A stretch of DNA of 63,048 bases, counting the filler, from Dugesia japonica (taxonomy: Eukaryota), in assembly GCA_001938525.1 (NCBI GenBank). It is 6 parts of 6 records of this genome, joined end to end, with 100 filler letters (N's around TTAATTAATTAA, not from the genome) between each part and the next. Parts side by side here need not be neighbours in the genome. Positions count along the whole stretch, not along the records: positions 45,021 to 54,152 come from MQRL01609786.1; positions 54,253 to 63,048 come from MQRL01606925.1; 4 more parts are not named here. The stretch is one strand, 5' to 3'. A program made the translations under genes and the position numbers. This document shows, piece by piece, positions 44,921 to 60,379 of the stretch; the stretch's first letter is position 1; the number at the start of each line of letters is the position of its first letter. The notes beneath the pieces are model-generated. The model had not been told where the DNA came from, ran no database searches, and saw only the letters and a program-made list of their open reading frames with translations.

Positions 44921-45020
44921 NNNNNNNNNNNNNNNNNNNNNNNNNNNNNNNNNNNNNNNNNNNNTTAATTAATTAANNNNNNNNNNNNNNNNNNNNNNNN
45001 NNNNNNNNNNNNNNNNNNNN
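44921..45020. other. Artificial assembly linker
   Basis: 44N-TTAATTAATTAA-44N. Confidence 0.95.
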
Positions 45021-45414
45021 AGTAGTAAAGCGAGTATACTGAAAGATGATAAAAACTACAATGAATCATTTTTAATAGAGCAATTTATAGATAAAGAAAG
45101 ACAAATGTTTATTAAAGTGTAGATTCCTCAGAAAATGTATTAAAGACTTTATAATCTTTAACATTTGCTTTCACAGGAACAATATATTATCTTTAAAAAA
45201 AATACACACGTCTCAACAATATTAACAATTTTCTGTAAGTATTTTGAAAAATGAAATTATTTANNNNNNNNNNNNNNNNNNNNNNNNNNNNNNNNNNNNN
45301 NNNNNNNNNNNNNNNNNNNNNNNNNNNNNNNNNNNNNNNNNNNNNNNNNNNNNNNNNNNNNNNNNNNNNNNTAAATCATTTTATTACTTAATAAATAAAT
45401 AATTATTTTTAATT

Positions 45415-45585
45415 TTTCGTTATATAGAGGTAAATTTAAATTGGAAAATTCATTTTGGGTTTAAAAAGGTGACTTTATAGAGGTATTTTTGTAATAATTC
45501 ACTGGCTTTTTTCGTAGACTACTTACGAAGTGACGCAATGGGGAGGTGACGTTATAGAAATATGTTATAGAGAGGTTCAACTGTA
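45415..45585. mobile_element. Right end of a Tigger/pogo-type MITE
   Basis: ..GTTATAGAGAGGTTCAACTG|TA (TIR 5'-CAGTTGAACCTCTCTATAAC plus TA) with subterminal TATAGAGGT repeats. The left end probably lies in the N gap. Confidence 0.6.
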
Positions 45586-46589
45586 ATACGTTTCTGATTA
45601 TTACATTACTTACATAAGTCATAAAACATAGACAGAGAAACTCTTTGAAATAAATTTTGCAGTTGTAAACAATAAATAATGTATTAATGCTAAAACTAAC
45701 TGCTATTATTATACATATTTAATACCGTTGTTTATAATAAGTTTTATTAATAACAAAAGATCGAAGAATATATTGTGACGCATAATCAGATCTTCGCACC
45801 GGCATTGATATTCTTTCTCGCTGTTAATAAATTTTGTAAATTTTAAAATTAAGATTTTTAATTTAAGATAATAACTAGTATTGATTGTAAGTACAGTATC
45901 ACTCATAATATGTCGGTTGATGATGTTTTCTGTAAGATTTTATCATAGAAATTAAATGAAATTTAACAAATATAAAATTTTGTTATTCACACGATTTTAA
46001 GAAATATATGATGCTATGATGGGTGCTACTGTAAATTTCATTGCCTAATAAAATACGACAATCTGAAATTTAGAGAATTTATTAACTGAAATAATTTAAA
46101 ATCAAGTCACAAAATTATTTTCAAAAAAACTCTGACAAATTTAAATATTAAAACAAAAACATTCTTCTGGGAATTTCGTCATCTTCTGATGTTTTAGTAA
46201 AAATTGCAAATATTCGAAATTTATAGAAAAAATTATTTTTGCTTTAAAATCATTAATATTAAAAACTTTTATTTAATTTAAATATCACTTTGAAACTCTT
46301 TGTAATTCTTTTTATTATTTTTAAATTTACAAATNNNNNNNNNNNNNNNNNNNNNNNNNNNNNNNNNNNNNNNNNNNNNNNNNNNNNNNNNNNNTTATCA
46401 AAAGAAAAATTTTAGAGAATCTATTGGAATTTAGAAATTTCAAAAGCAAAAAAAATTATATTGATCAACTAAATTACGGAGCTGGATTTACAAATGTTAA
46501 ATAATTTCTAAAAATGTCTTTTCTATTATTTTAAATATATTTAATTTATGTCTAGTGATATTTTAATTTAATTNTTAATATACCCTTGA

Positions 46590-48879
46590 TAGGGCATGGT
46601 TGATTAATCGATTTTGAAAAAAACGATTAATTGTTAAAAGTATTTCATTTAAAAAATGCTTCATAAAAATTCCCATTACGAATTCCAATAAACATCTTAT
46701 TAAAAAACTAATTGGTATTATTTATTTTTATTTAAAAGATAAGTACGTAAAAAACATAATTTGTTTAGTGTTTCGTCATTTAATGATGTTTGCAACTTGG
46801 TCACAAACAAACCGGTAGCACTGAAACATCTTTCTGCTTCAATTGATGATGGTGGAATTGTCAACAACGCATTATATATTTTATTAAGTAAATCAGTGCG
46901 AATTTGAGTATGTTCAAAAACTATCATTTGTCTTTTAGTATCGACTAAATTATTTTTTAAACTTGTGACTGAAGATATTGGCCTTTCTGTGTTTTTAGAG
47001 AGAAATTGTTGTAATTCATAAGCTTTTGAGCATTTAATTTTTTCAATTTCCCTTTCATTATTATCATTTAAGTCAGATTCATATTCAATATCATAATCAT
47101 ATGAGTATTTTAACATTAATCGATCCGATATATCTTTAGCGGTCTCTGTCAGTTCTTTTTTTGTTGGTAGCTTGAAAATTTGGTTTTTCAGATTGTAACA
47201 AAGTCTCGAATACAGGATCGAGTCTTGCAAATAAAGAAGTAATCCCTCTAAATTAATATTTCTTCTTTCATTAATTATCTTAAGTAATGAACTATAAAAA
47301 AATTGTATCAGATCACCTAAATTGGATTTTTCCTTTAATCAAATATTTTGATTGCATGCAACAAGTTGCAATCTTTTCTATTTAACCCCAAAGAACTCAC
47401 TTCAACTACTTCTAAAGTCTCAACTAATTCTGAAATTAAAATTAATTCATTTTCATTAGGAAACATATTTATAACATTTTTGACAACCGTTTTCATCTCA
47501 CAAAATCTTTTGAGGTTAGCTAACATAGAGTTCCATCTTGTAAATGTCTCGATTATCATCGTTAACTGTTTTCCAATTTTATTTTTACATTCTCTTTGAA
47601 GAGAATGTAACTAAATCTAACTCGATAGTTTTTGATGAATCAACTTCTTTATTCCAGGTTTGAATTTTATTTAATATTTTATCTTCATTCGAACTTTTAA
47701 TGATTTGTTTACTTGCATGTGCAACTTCTAAATTTAGTGTTGGAAATACTTTTTTGCATAAAACATCTACAACATCCAAATGAATACTATGTAAGTGGCA
47801 AAGTTAGTGAAATATATCCATCAAGGAACGTATTTTCTTCATGACAGATGCACTATCTGTGACTAAAGCAGCAATATGTTTTTTAAATTAATACCATACT
47901 CTTGTAATTTATAATTTATTATTTCAATAGCTTTTGTTGCTAGCATTTGATCTTTCAATTAGTATCATTCTCAATCCAAAGATATTATCTGTAGAATGAA
48001 GATTAAAACACATATAACTGTAGTTGCGTTTTTATGTCTTTTAATCTAACGTTAAGGAAAAACGATCTTGATCTTTAGTTTTAGACTTTATCTTAATGTT
48101 GAGTGCTTTATTGAGCTGCTCTGTGTACNNNNNNNNNNNNNNNNNNNNNNNNNNNNNNNNNNNNNNNNNNNNNNNNNNGCATCGCAGCTTCCTTAATATC
48201 CTTTTCAGTTAATGGAATTTTTAACCCTTGAGTTTTCTATCCATTTTGAATTTCAGTACTATTAGCAAGTGTAGCAAATGATATTCGATCCAACGCAGTA
48301 AGATTTAGCGAAACTGAACCTGGTGAGGATTAGTTTGGTTTGGCTTTTTGATTGAATCTGGAATGTTTTGTTTTTGATTTGATGTTGAAGGAACACCTTT
48401 GCATAAATTATGCTTATGTTCTATATGACATTTATAAGATGTTGTCGTTTGATGAACTATAAATTTAGTTTCACAATGTTTGCATTTCAACAAATTTTTA
48501 TTTTTGCCATTTATCAATAAATGACACCAAACTTCAGATTTTTTCCTCTATTTAGACCCAGTTATTAATTTCATTTTCTCTATCTGACATGGCTAAATTT
48601 AAAAATAATTTATTATTATTTGTTTAATTTTTATAATTAGAACTTACTTTTGCAAAAGTTAAAAACAATCAATTTTTCGAGATTTTAATTTTAAATTGAA
48701 TATTTAAAAATTTGGAAATTATTGTATTTTGTTAAATATTTTTGAGTAAGTAAAGACACTTTTAAAATTGTTGTTTTGTTAATAAATAAAAAGCAACTAA
48801 TCGGGGTTTTATAAATTTGTTCAATTAATCGGAATATTTATATACACACCGATTAATCGATTAATTGAACCATGCCCTA
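46590..48879 (-). mobile_element. Near full-length decayed hAT transposon with BED zinc finger
   Basis: TIRs TAGGGCATGGTT..TTAATCGATT at both ends. Degenerate TSD ACCCTTGA / CCCCGTGC. SEVW..CKHC..H..KH (BED), CHLHSIHL (CxxH), TRWNSML, IPPSSIEAERCFS. Confidence 0.93.
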
Positions 48880-50174
48880 CCCCGTGCTAAATCACGAATT
48901 ATTTTATTAAAAATTTCAATATATTTACTTGCTTGATGTTTAATGAAAGTTTTTAAATTAATTAAAAAATAAAGTATTTATATTAAAAAAATATATTTTT
49001 ATAAAAACAAACAAATTACAAAATAAACAATAAAACATCAGTTAAAAGTTTCATTGTAAACAAAATTTTTGTCAAGAATTATTTTTTCATTTTGACTTTA
49101 AGCTATATAATAATATGCCATGCATTAATATAGATATCACAATAGTTTGTTTTTCAATAACATCTAATACAAAATTTAAATTTCGAAATATATACTACTG
49201 ACAAAAATAAAGTATGTTAAAGTTAGCTTTTATTAAATAAAATTTTTTTTGCAATGACCAACAAACATTTTCAAATTATATAATAGTATAGTTTAATAAT
49301 ATAATTAAATATGATCATACTTATTATCGAGTAAATAAATTGAAAAATACTATTTTATCAGAATTAAAACGAAATTTCAAATTATTAATAACGTATTAAT
49401 TATTCATACATATTAATTAACACAAATATTATGCTCAAATGAAATGAAACGTCAAATAAATTTTAAGATTTAATTTTGTAATGCAAATGTATATAATTTC
49501 AAAATTAAATTTGTTGAAAGAAGAAACTTTAATGAACTAAATAAACACTGGTGTAAATCATTTATAAGTATTAAAAAGCACATATGACGAGAAAATATAT
49601 GAATTGATACANNTTTGAGTGTAACATCCTGTTATAAATTGGAATTAATAGCTACTAGTGTTAATGAACGTTAAATTCACTTATGAGAAGTCACATGACT
49701 AACAGATTCCTAAATAAACTTTGTGAAATATTAACTACCAATTATTTATGAAAACATTTCACAGTGGATTTATATTACCTTGAAATAGTAAATTAAAATG
49801 AGACAGAAAATTAAATAATTAAAGAATTAGAGCTAAAAAATAATTTTCTAATGAAAAACTAAAATTAATAAAATATAAATTTCTAAACAACGGCCATCGA
49901 AATAAAATTATATCAAAATATTTATATTACATTTATTAAATCAAACAAAAATCAAATATTTACTTTCTGTTNNNNNNNNNNNNNNNNNNNNNNNNNNNNN
50001 NNNNNNNNNNNNNNNNNNNNNNNNNNNNNNNNNNNNNNNNNNNNNNNNNNNNNNNCAAACACCTTTAAAAATACAATTACAAAAAACAAATCAAATGTTT
50101 TGTGGTCCCAAATGGATTTGTGATGGTAGAAATATGCATAATAAGAAAATTTCAATTAGAAAATAACGTGCATC

Positions 50175-50235
50175 ATATTTAAAGATAGGTGAAACATGCA
50201 GAACTATCGAAACGAGAATTAATGAACATTTCAAG
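50175..50235 (+). mobile_element. Penelope-like GIY-YIG endonuclease remnant
   Basis: KIGETCRTIETRINEHF matches YIGETxRxLxxRxxEH. Confidence 0.5.
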
Positions 50236-50559
50236 TAGAAAGTATTAGTTTGGTTAACAATATCACACGTTTCCATAAATATTTATTAATTCATAAGTTG
50301 TATTGATTTTTTTGTTGAAAATTAAGAAAGATTTGAATATTCAAAATAATCAAACAAATTAAATAAATGAATGAAAAATTTTTTTTAGTGTTTTAAAATT
50401 AGATATTAATAAAATTTAAGAATTTAAATATTTAGTACTTTCCGTTTTTAAATATGAATTTTTAAATTTGTTTTGATGAAATAAATAATGATTTTATAGT
50501 TTTATTTTGAAATAAATTTTATGGAGTTGAATTTTGATGTTGATAATCCGATGAGTTCT

Positions 50560-53500
50560 CAAAACTCATCTAAGATGGTGGCAGCGGTAAACACCGATTG
50601 TTAAAGAAATTGTTACCAAAAATAGTTTGCAGAGGCAATCTAGAAACGTTTATTGAACGATGGGAAATATACTTTGAGGCAAAGAACATCGTTGTTAAGA
50701 AAGATCAGGAACGTTAGGTAATATGTATACTTCATGAAGATTAATTGGAAGCATTGAAAAACGTTGAGGATATCATGTGGAATGTTGGACTTGGCACAAA
50801 AAGGACATTTAAACAGAAATTGTTTAGACAAAAAACCACCAAAATGTTTTGAGTGTGGTAAATTTGGTCATATCAGAAGGATGTGCACAGAAATTGTATG
50901 TGGTAGATGTAAAAAACCGGGTCACAGAGTAGAAGAATGTTATTCGAACATTAATGAACCTAGACTAGAAGAGAGAAGATACAATTTTAAAATCGGACAA
51001 CAAACAAAAGATTCGAGTCGGACCAAAAAAATTCATGCCATTTGAGAAGAAGATGATGATGAGAATGAAGAGAAAATTTTAGTGAGCATAATAGAAAATA
51101 ATGATCCAAGAAGAGAATACCTCAAAGGCAGGGCTCCATCAGTAGAGGAATTGTTCGGACCCATCCATTAAATGAGATACTGTTTGAATATTCTCAAGAG
51201 GTCGAGAAATCAAATGAGATGAGCAAAGTTGGAGAAAAAGTTTACAGATTCCTAAAAAGAGAAATTTTCAATGATGCGGAAGTTAACAAAGCAGAAGTGA
51301 TAGGAATAATTGAAGAAAAACAGAATGCAGAAATTTTGTATGATAAAATGCAAAGGAGAACCAGCATTTCATTGATAATCAAAGGTGAACAGTTTGATTG
51401 TTTGTTAGATACATGAGCAAGAATAAATCTAATGAGCATGAAAGGATTTAATAGACTCGGAGAAACAATGATTGAGAAAACCGCAGAACGGTTTCATTGT
51501 GCGAATAACAGCTCATTGGAGACAATTGGAAAGATAAGTGTAGAAGTTTTAATTTTAGAGATGTGCAAGGAAGTAACATTTATAATAGTAGAGAAATTAA
51601 TACCAGATCTAATTGATGGAGTGGAATTTCAGAATACAGATGGACGATTGAGACATGCAATGGAGATTCTAGAAATTAACAAAAATCTTAGATTAACTGC
51701 AATTATTCAGATTAATGAGGATGCATTTATGGCGGATAAATGGGACATTGCAAGCACACATTTAAAGAAGCATCGAATAATCGCTAAAAAAGGTACAGTT
51801 AACATAAAACCGTATCGCCAATCAATGAATCTAGAGGAGAAGATTGAAGAGTCTATCAACAATTTGTAGGATAATGGTATCATCCGGAAGTGTAATTCGC
51901 AATGAAATACGCCATTAATCTGTATTGGAAAATGGAAAAAAGGATATACGATTATGCTTAGACTTTAGACAGCTCAATGCAATAGAAGAAAGACAAGCTT
52001 TTCCTATGCCAAATGTAAACGAAATGCTAGATGATTTGGAAGGTAGGCAGTATTTTAGCTCAATAGACTTGGGAAATGCATACTAACAAGTCGAACTTAG
52101 TGAAAAGACGGCGTTTTCGACTAAACGAGGGCAATTTTGTTTCAAAAGAATGCCTTTTGGAATTGCAGCAGCACCAGGTACGTTCCAGAAAATGATGAAT
52201 TAAGTAATCGGAAAAATAAAAGGAGCGATGGTTTATCTAGGTGATATTCTCATATTTACAAAAACAAAGGAGCAACACTATGAAATAATCATTAAAGTAT
52301 TAACAGAAATTAAGAAGGCTGGTCTTACAGTTAATTCGGAGAAATTTCAATTCATGCGGAAGGAGATCAAATTTTTGGGACACGTTATCAGTAAAGAAGG
52401 TCTCAAAACAGATCCAAAAAAATAGAAGTCATTAAGAACTTCGGTAAACCAAACTGCGTTAAGAAAATGAGAAGTTTCTGGGAATTTGCAATTACTATCG
52501 AAAATTTATTAAAGATTTTCAAAGAAAGCTAGATTACTGAAACAGTTGTGTAGTGGACTGATTAACAAGAAAATTGAATGGGCGAATGAATTAGAAGAAG
52601 TTTTTTATGGAATGAAAGAAGCACAAATGATGTCTCCAATATTATGTTTTCCAGATATAAATAGAGGATTTATTTTGGACACGGATGCAAGTTTTGATAC
52701 GATTGGGGCAGTACTATATCAAAAAGACAACAATAGGCAAGAAAGAGTAATTGCATATGGGTCACACGCAATGACGAGTCATGGGAAAGGATATTGTACT
52801 ACGCGGAAAGAATTGCTTGCAATTTACTACTTTGGTATTCATTTTCAACATTACTTATATGNGAAGAGATTTATCTTCAGAACAGATCATAAAGCCATCA
52901 CTTTTATGCTAAATACCAAGAAGCCAATTACATCACAGTTTCAAACCTGGATTAAATATTTGAGCAGTTTAGATATAAAATTGAGATATAGAAAAGGATT
53001 GCTTCATACAAATCCGGATATATTGTCAAGGAATGAATGCGGTACATGTAAACAATTTCTAATGTCACACGAGGATCCCAAAAGTAGAAACTTTAAAACA
53101 AGGATGTTAAATACAGTAGATATTCAAAAAAAATACAATTTTCGTGAGAATGATGAAGTAACATGGATACCTGATGATAAAGTAGAAGAAGTTAAAATGA
53201 GCATACACCATCTTTTGTGTCATGCTGGAGCAGAAAAAGTAGCAGCATATATGAAGCATAAATATAACGTGAAACATTTGTAGTTGTCTGAAGTTGTATA
53301 TCATGCCAAAAAGCTAAAGTGTTGACAACAAAAACGAAGGAAGAAACAAAAAAGACGCAACCAGCCGAAATACTTGAACTGTCATTTATAGATGTATGTG
53401 GATCACTGCCAGAGACAAAAGGTCGAAAGAAATATGTTCTCCGTATAATAGATCAATACCGTAAGTATATAGCCTTGATAACAATGACAAGAAAAGATGA

Positions 53501-53850
53501 AGATACAATACGGAAGTATTACNATAGAGAAGTGGATATTAAATTTCGGGTATCCGAGAGAAATTTGAGTTGATTGTGGAAGAGCATTTGAGTCTAAATA
53601 AATGAACGATTTTGCAGCTGAACATAGTTTTTGAGTCCATATCATCATAACATAAATGGAAAAATTGAGAGACAGTTTAGAACTATGCGGGATATGGTTA
53701 ATGCAACACTTAAAGAAAGAAAAACCTCCGATTGGGCTGATGTATTGCCAGAGATAGAATATACCTTGAACGCAACAAAACAGAATACCATCAGAACAGC
53801 AAAAGCCCAGCTGAAATCGTATTTGGGAAGAGAATAAGCACAGAAAATGA
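50560..53850 (+). mobile_element. Decayed Ty3/Gypsy retrotransposon gag-pol
   Basis: CCHC knuckles (CFECGKFGHIRRMC, CGRCKKPGHRVEEC), LLDT (PR), YLGD and FLGH (RT), DTDAS and TDHKAI (RH), HAG, FID..IIDQY and PYHH..NGKIER (IN). No LTR pair recognised. Confidence 0.95.
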
Positions 53851-54087
53851 TAAGAAACTGATTATAAATTAATCATATATCAAATACTAATTGGAAATAT
53901 TTTAAATATATTTTGACAGACGTTTGACATATTAACTGAATAAAAAAACACAATATCAGATGAAGGTATAAAATTTCTTCAATAATATTTCAATTAATAT
54001 TCATAGACAAAGAAATTGGCATTAATTAAAATTAAGACAGTTAAAATTTAAATAATACAGAATATCACGAATGATAAAATCTATATT

Positions 54088-54152
<65 letters not shown>

Positions 54153-54252
54153 NNNNNNNNNNNNNNNNNNNNNNNNNNNNNNNNNNNNNNNNNNNNTTAA
54201 TTAATTAANNNNNNNNNNNNNNNNNNNNNNNNNNNNNNNNNNNNNNNNNNNN
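54153..54252. other. Artificial assembly linker
   Basis: 44N-TTAATTAATTAA-44N. Confidence 0.95.
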
Positions 54253-54359
54253 GATACTAACAATAAATTAAATTTTAATTATTGGTAATTAATTAGCGTT
54301 TCTTATTTAATAAATGCAGTTTGTTTAAATATATAAAATTTTTAATTCAATATTGAACA

Positions 54360-57300
54360 ATGAATAAAATTACTGAATTTATATTCGATAATTATGAAGA
54401 TTATCGAATAAATTATAAAAATATGACCATATCAGCATGGTCTCCAAAATTGGACCTTATAGCTTTGGGATCTATAAATGGCGATTTATGCATTTACAGG
54501 TAAAATGATTTTGCAATTTATTTAATTTCGACCTTAGATTACAGATGAACCTAATCTGGAAAGTTACTATTAAAAATGAAGGAAGTATATTATCAATTTG
54601 TTGGCATCCAGATGGAAATCTTTTAGTTGTTGGATTCAAAAGTGGCTTGATACAATACTATTCTATTACGTACCCTTACTGTTTATATCATATAAGATTA
54701 GAACAACCTATTGAATATATGAAATGGATAGCTTTAAGTCATAATTTTGAATTAACTGATAATACAGAATTTCCATATAATACCAAAAACATATTTCCCC
54801 TTAAAGAACAAATATATAAGAAGTTTATTAATTATGAATCAAATATTTAATAATTTATAGTTCAGTTTATAAAGAAGATATTAAAAGATTGGAAGAAATA
54901 TTGCGACTTAAACTTAAGTAATATTTTATGCTAACTTTCTTAATGATTATTTTAATAGATTCAGTATTTTAATCGGTATTAATGGAATGTCAATATTTTT
55001 ACTCTCAAGGGGAATTTTTAATTTGGGTAAAATAAGTTTGGAAGATCGACGTACAAGTTCATATGATAAGGTATAATGTCTCTATATTTTATAAGACTTT
55101 AATAGCAATACTTAGTTATATAACGTAAATATGTCCCCAAATTTCGATTCAATTTCATATGTAATGAAAGTTTTCAATGAAAATGGCGAACAAGCTTTTA
55201 GAACTTTCGTTGTAATTTTATTCATTAATCATACTTCCTTGATTGAATTAGATAAACTGCGAATTCATCCGAGAAAATTTGTGCCAAATATCTAATGTTT
55301 CTTCAATTTTCATTGATATTGTTTATTTAAGATTGGTAGAATTATATTATTTTCATATTAATTTTGAATCTTTTTATTTTCAATAGCTAATTCAAAAGCA
55401 TATGAAAGAAATTGAGGAAAGTTGGGAAGATTGTCTTAGTCATTTTGAAAGAGGAATTATGGAATATTCAAAAAAGAAACAAAACATTCCGGTTTTAAAT
55501 TAATAAATTTATTTTAAAATTTACTTTTTGAAGAATTGGTCGCTGAGAACAGATTTTATGGAAATGATTCTATTTGGCTGTTGCAAGTAAATGACTATTA
55601 TTTTTTCATGTTTAATTTTTATATTAGTAAAGAGTTTTGGACAATTTTGGAGGAAAGTTTATCGTTATGTGGAGTTAAAAATATCTCTTCAGCTGTTACT
55701 AAAATGTCATCCCACATAATTAATCATTGTTGTCCGCATATGCATTAGTATTTATTTATTTTCTTAATTTTATATTTTATTTCAATTAAAGTACTCTTAT
55801 AAAGCTGCTTTTTCATAGTACTGAAATGATAAATTTATTGCAATTTCCATCTGAATATGGATTTCTTAATTTGTCAAAGGATAATATTACTGATATGTCA
55901 AATGCATGTAGATCGTCATTATTTAAACTGATCGAATTTCAAATGTATTTTAGCTATTAGTATTTACTTCACTATTTATAATATATAGATTGCTTTCAGA
56001 TAATATCGACAATCTTAATTTATTTTTCCAATGGATTAACAACGGTATTGATAACCACCTTGGTGAAACAAATTCATATCATTCAGTAATCTTAATATTT
56101 TTTATAAATTGAATTATAAAACATTATTAGTTTAGTTTTTCGCAATTATCCGTAATAATGGATTTTGTAACAAACAAATTAAGGGTTATAAAGTCACAGA
56201 ATAATGAAATATCAGCTTATAAAATCGAAATATTACATCAATATTTAACTGATAATGATTTATCAGTTCCTCAATTAATTGACGACAATTTATTACAAAA
56301 TTATATTAAGATGTTTTCAGAAGATAATTCATTTTATTTTTTAAAAGGTTTGAATTTCTTTCTTAAGTCATTTTTATGTATTTAGAAGGAAATTTTCCAA
56401 ATGTACATGCAAAGTCACTGTCAAATATGATTCGGTTATTTTTACCCAATGCCATTGATAAAATATGTTGGAAGAACGATGTAAGAACTTGTTTTAATTG
56501 TCAAATACCTTAACTCCATAGGATTTTTATAATAATTATCATTCTTCATTATGTACCAAGCTTATTATTAATTAAATGCACAGTATACTCTCGTATAACA
56601 TTCCGCATTGTAGAAAATTGCATAAATTGATTTTAAGTATTATGGGGCTGTTTATATCTAGTTCTAGTTGCGGAATTTTTGTCGTTTTATTAAGCAGAGT
56701 TATACGGGTATGCACTTTAATTAAAAATCAGATTAATGCAGTGGTTTGCAGCGCTTTGGGCATATCAAATATTTTCCATGGCACCTCAGATCAAAATATT
56801 AGTCATTGTTTAATTTATATATTATAATTATTCAAAAATAACTAATTATAATTAATTAAACTATATATTTTTCAAAAATTATATAGTTTATATTTTGGTG
56901 TCACAACAACTTATGAACATAAGTCAATATATTTGCTAATGTCTAANNNNNNNNNNNNNNNNNNNNNNNNNNNNNNNNNNNNNNNNNNNNNNNNNNNNNN
57001 NNNNNNNNNNNNNNNNNNNNNNNNNNNNNNNNNNCTTTCCCATTATTACTCGGGATTTATATTCATTTGCAATTCATCAATAACGCTTTGATTTTATCAA
57101 AATAATTTTATTAAGCACATTTTTCATTCATTTTAACCTAAGATGAATATTTTCTAAAATTTTACGCAAATATTTTTTTCCCCTGAAAAATATTTAATTC
57201 AGGGCGATTTAATATTTTTAATGGGGTAAGAAAAATTGAAATTTATAACAAATCCGATGGTCTAATACAGGAGTTTCCAAAATTTTCAGCCCGTAGACCG

Positions 57301-59014
57301 CATTAATTATCAATCAACAGTTTTTATGGCGGCTACACAAATTTTCCGTATATAAAAGGTCTCCATGGGTCGTTGTTTGGAGACCTTTTGTCTAATACTA
57401 TAAAACTTAGTAGATTTTTATCATTTAAAGACCTTTAAAGTAGACATATAGCAAAGAATATAATTTAAATGTATTGTTTTTAATTATAACATGAATAAAA
57501 AATTATATATATTTATAATTTTATAATAATATTTATAATAATATAATAAAAATTAATAAAAACACAAATTTTCAAATAATTATTTAAATCTTTTATTAAT
57601 ATTAATATAATAATTTAATAACAATAATAATGAGTATTCAGTTGAATAAAATACATCTAATAATTAAACATTTAAAAGTTTTCAATTTAATTAAAAATTT
57701 TGAGATTTAATTTAAAAAATAAAAATTTTTATTTAAATAAACCAATGAAAATTTTAATAAAATATGAACAATTTTGTAACAATGTTCTAATATCGATTAA
57801 ATCTATCCAAAAGTCATCATATTCCTGAAGAAGACAATTGTCGAAAATTTGAATATCTATAAAACAATTTAATTTGATCGAAGTTATTACTTTATTTTTT
57901 TGAAATGTAGCCTCTAATATTTTATTTACAATATTTTTTAAAAGGTTGCAAATGTAAATTTTTATTCATTTTGTTCTTATCAGGAGTTAAAATTCAGTTA
58001 ATAATTTGGGACCGGGTGCATGTTATCCACTTAAGTGTAGTTCACTGCATATATTTGAAAAGTCAAAAAGTAAAGCTTTGCTCATTTCTTAAATTAACTC
58101 CAAAAATTAAGAATAGTTGTTAATTTATGTATTTTATTATATAACTATTTAAAATAATTATAAAACTCAGAATTCATTAATAAAAAATCATTCAAATCCT
58201 TCTGGCAGTTATCCGATCACATTGGGAACATTTAAGTAATGTTTTATTAATTTAGCTTTATTATGTTTTTGTGTAGTTGTGAATTAGAAGAATCCGATGT
58301 AATTGTAGTTTCTGAGTCTTATAATGAGGATGATGATGATAACGAATGTGTAGATGTTTGTGCTTTCTACCATCCCAAAGTTCCGGTTTTAATATGGATA
58401 CGAAATAATTTTGAGTAAATAATTTAATTAATAAAAAATCATAATTTATACAATTATTTAGAACTGTTAAATCATGTGTTATTCATCTGGACAAATTATC
58501 GTCCGATGATTTCCAGTAATACTTTTAATAGAAATATTATTTATTAATTATAATTTAGTAATATTAAATTAATCAAGATTCAATTTTATAATAAAAATAC
58601 TTTGTTTCTTCTGATGTCAGTCGAGAAGGAAAATGTTATTGAAAATTCATATTTGGTAGTTCTATCGTGGAACTTGATTGAATTAAAATATATTGAAAAA
58701 ATACGTGAACACACTTTCGAGGAGCTCATTAATGAGTATTTCACCATTTTCCCAACTACTGAGAAGTTTGTTACTTTTTAAAAATTATTTTTAATGTATT
58801 TTAGTAATTGGATTAATTTATCTGATTTATTAACTGCGAAAACACGAGAACTTCTACCAATTGATGCTGTTGATATGACCATTAGTTGTAAGAGGCAACT
58901 GGCACTCGTGGTATAACTTTATAATTTTAAAATAAATCTTTTGTAAACACTTATCTTTAGTTTTTTGGACGATCAAGAGAGAGATGTCGAATATTCGTAC
59001 TGGAAGATATTTAA
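54360..59014 (+). CDS. ANAPC4: Anaphase-promoting complex subunit 4, many short exons
   Basis: AWSPKLDLIALGSINGDLCIYR|L..WHPDGNLLVVG (APC4 WD40 N-terminus), NLFFQWI, and C-terminal ISCKRQLALV..RCRIFVLEDI*. The first intron is 38 bp GT-AG. Internal exon boundaries not all resolved. Confidence 0.88.
57268..57389. mobile_element. 122-bp hAT (Charlie/Buster-like) MITE in an ANAPC4 intron
   Basis: Perfect 8-bp TSD GTCTAATA (57260-57267, 57390-57397). Imperfect TIRs CAGGAGTTTCCAAA / TTTGGAGACCTTTT. Confidence 0.8.
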
Positions 59015-60379
59015 TGATGATTCTTTAACATATACGTGAAATTTTAGATTTGCATTTATTTTAAAAATCCCGAAAAAGTACTAAAAATTATTTGAGTGTT
59101 GGTTAATTTAATGCAGTTATAAATGTAATAAATAATAAATCGTTACCATTTTCGTGTTAATTGTTATCTTGCTGAAAATATGAAGTTATCATTTTTATAA
59201 TCTATGAATGTGGAATCATTCTTTCTAATGAAATTCTATGAGACGGTTACAAGTAAACATTGAATGGTTTTTGTTTTACTATTGAGTCATTAATTTATCT
59301 TTAAAAGTATTCTTAAGTCACAGTTGCAAAATACATTTGTTGGGATTCCAGTCTTTTTGATGTTCATTTTATTTGAAAAGAAAAAATACCATTGATCCAT
59401 CAACCGCTATTATTCATACAACACCGTCATTTAATACTTTATTTTATAAACAACGAAATTCGATCAAGTTTCTTCGGCCATAGGTCTATCATGTCTTCGT
59501 CTTCCACTCTTAAAGAAAGGAAGGCTTGTGATCTTGGTGCTGTCTTATATCTGGCCCCTTTAGGAGCTCCCATCAGATTTTCTATACATCACATTGTAAT
59601 AAATTCACTTTAACGGTGATTCGATTTAATAAATAAAACAAATTAATTATGGCTTTTCAAATCCAATATATAGTTTTAAGATTCACAATTTCATTAAATA
59701 GTTTTGTCATTAAAATTCTTAACACGAAACATTTTGGTACTTAAAATTCATGATATCATTAAATAATTTCGAAATTAAAAACTTTTATTTTAACAATTAC
59801 GTATTTAATTTAATTATGATTACAAATTTATGCATTTATACAAAAAATAAATGAAAGCAACAAATTTAATGTGTTTGGGTATAACGCTGTGAAAGGAATT
59901 GTAGATGGCGGAGAGGAAATGAAAATAAATTCGGAAAAAACTTGATAACCGAAAATGGGAATCAAAAAAGACTGAGCCAATTATATTTTTATATATACAG
60001 GAGTTGATGTATTTTTTGCTTTGCATGAGACTCTACTAACTTCCTGTATGATACTGCTGTGTTTTCCGTATGAGACTATTGGTTTCTTGTACGAAACTCT
60101 TGATTTGAGTTTGGTTTAAAGTATATGGATCCTAGCACACCCTCTCCCGCTGACGCAATTATTTACAGTGGCCTATAAAGCTATACAAAGAATATTGATA
60201 CAACAGCAGAGACAGACCAGCCTCAAGATAAAAATACTAGCATAAATTTCCGTAAAAATTTTATAATTTCACCTATTTAAAAGACAGAAATATTCGAAAG
60301 ATTATTAAATGAGTCATTGAAATTAAAGCATATAAAAATAACGAATTCCAAGCAGTAATGCATAGCCTAATAATCATAA

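Noticed and set aside
56520-58090. Possible antisense nested gene in an ANAPC4 intron
   Set aside because: Short coding-like stretches with stops; no coherent exon chain or homology recognised.
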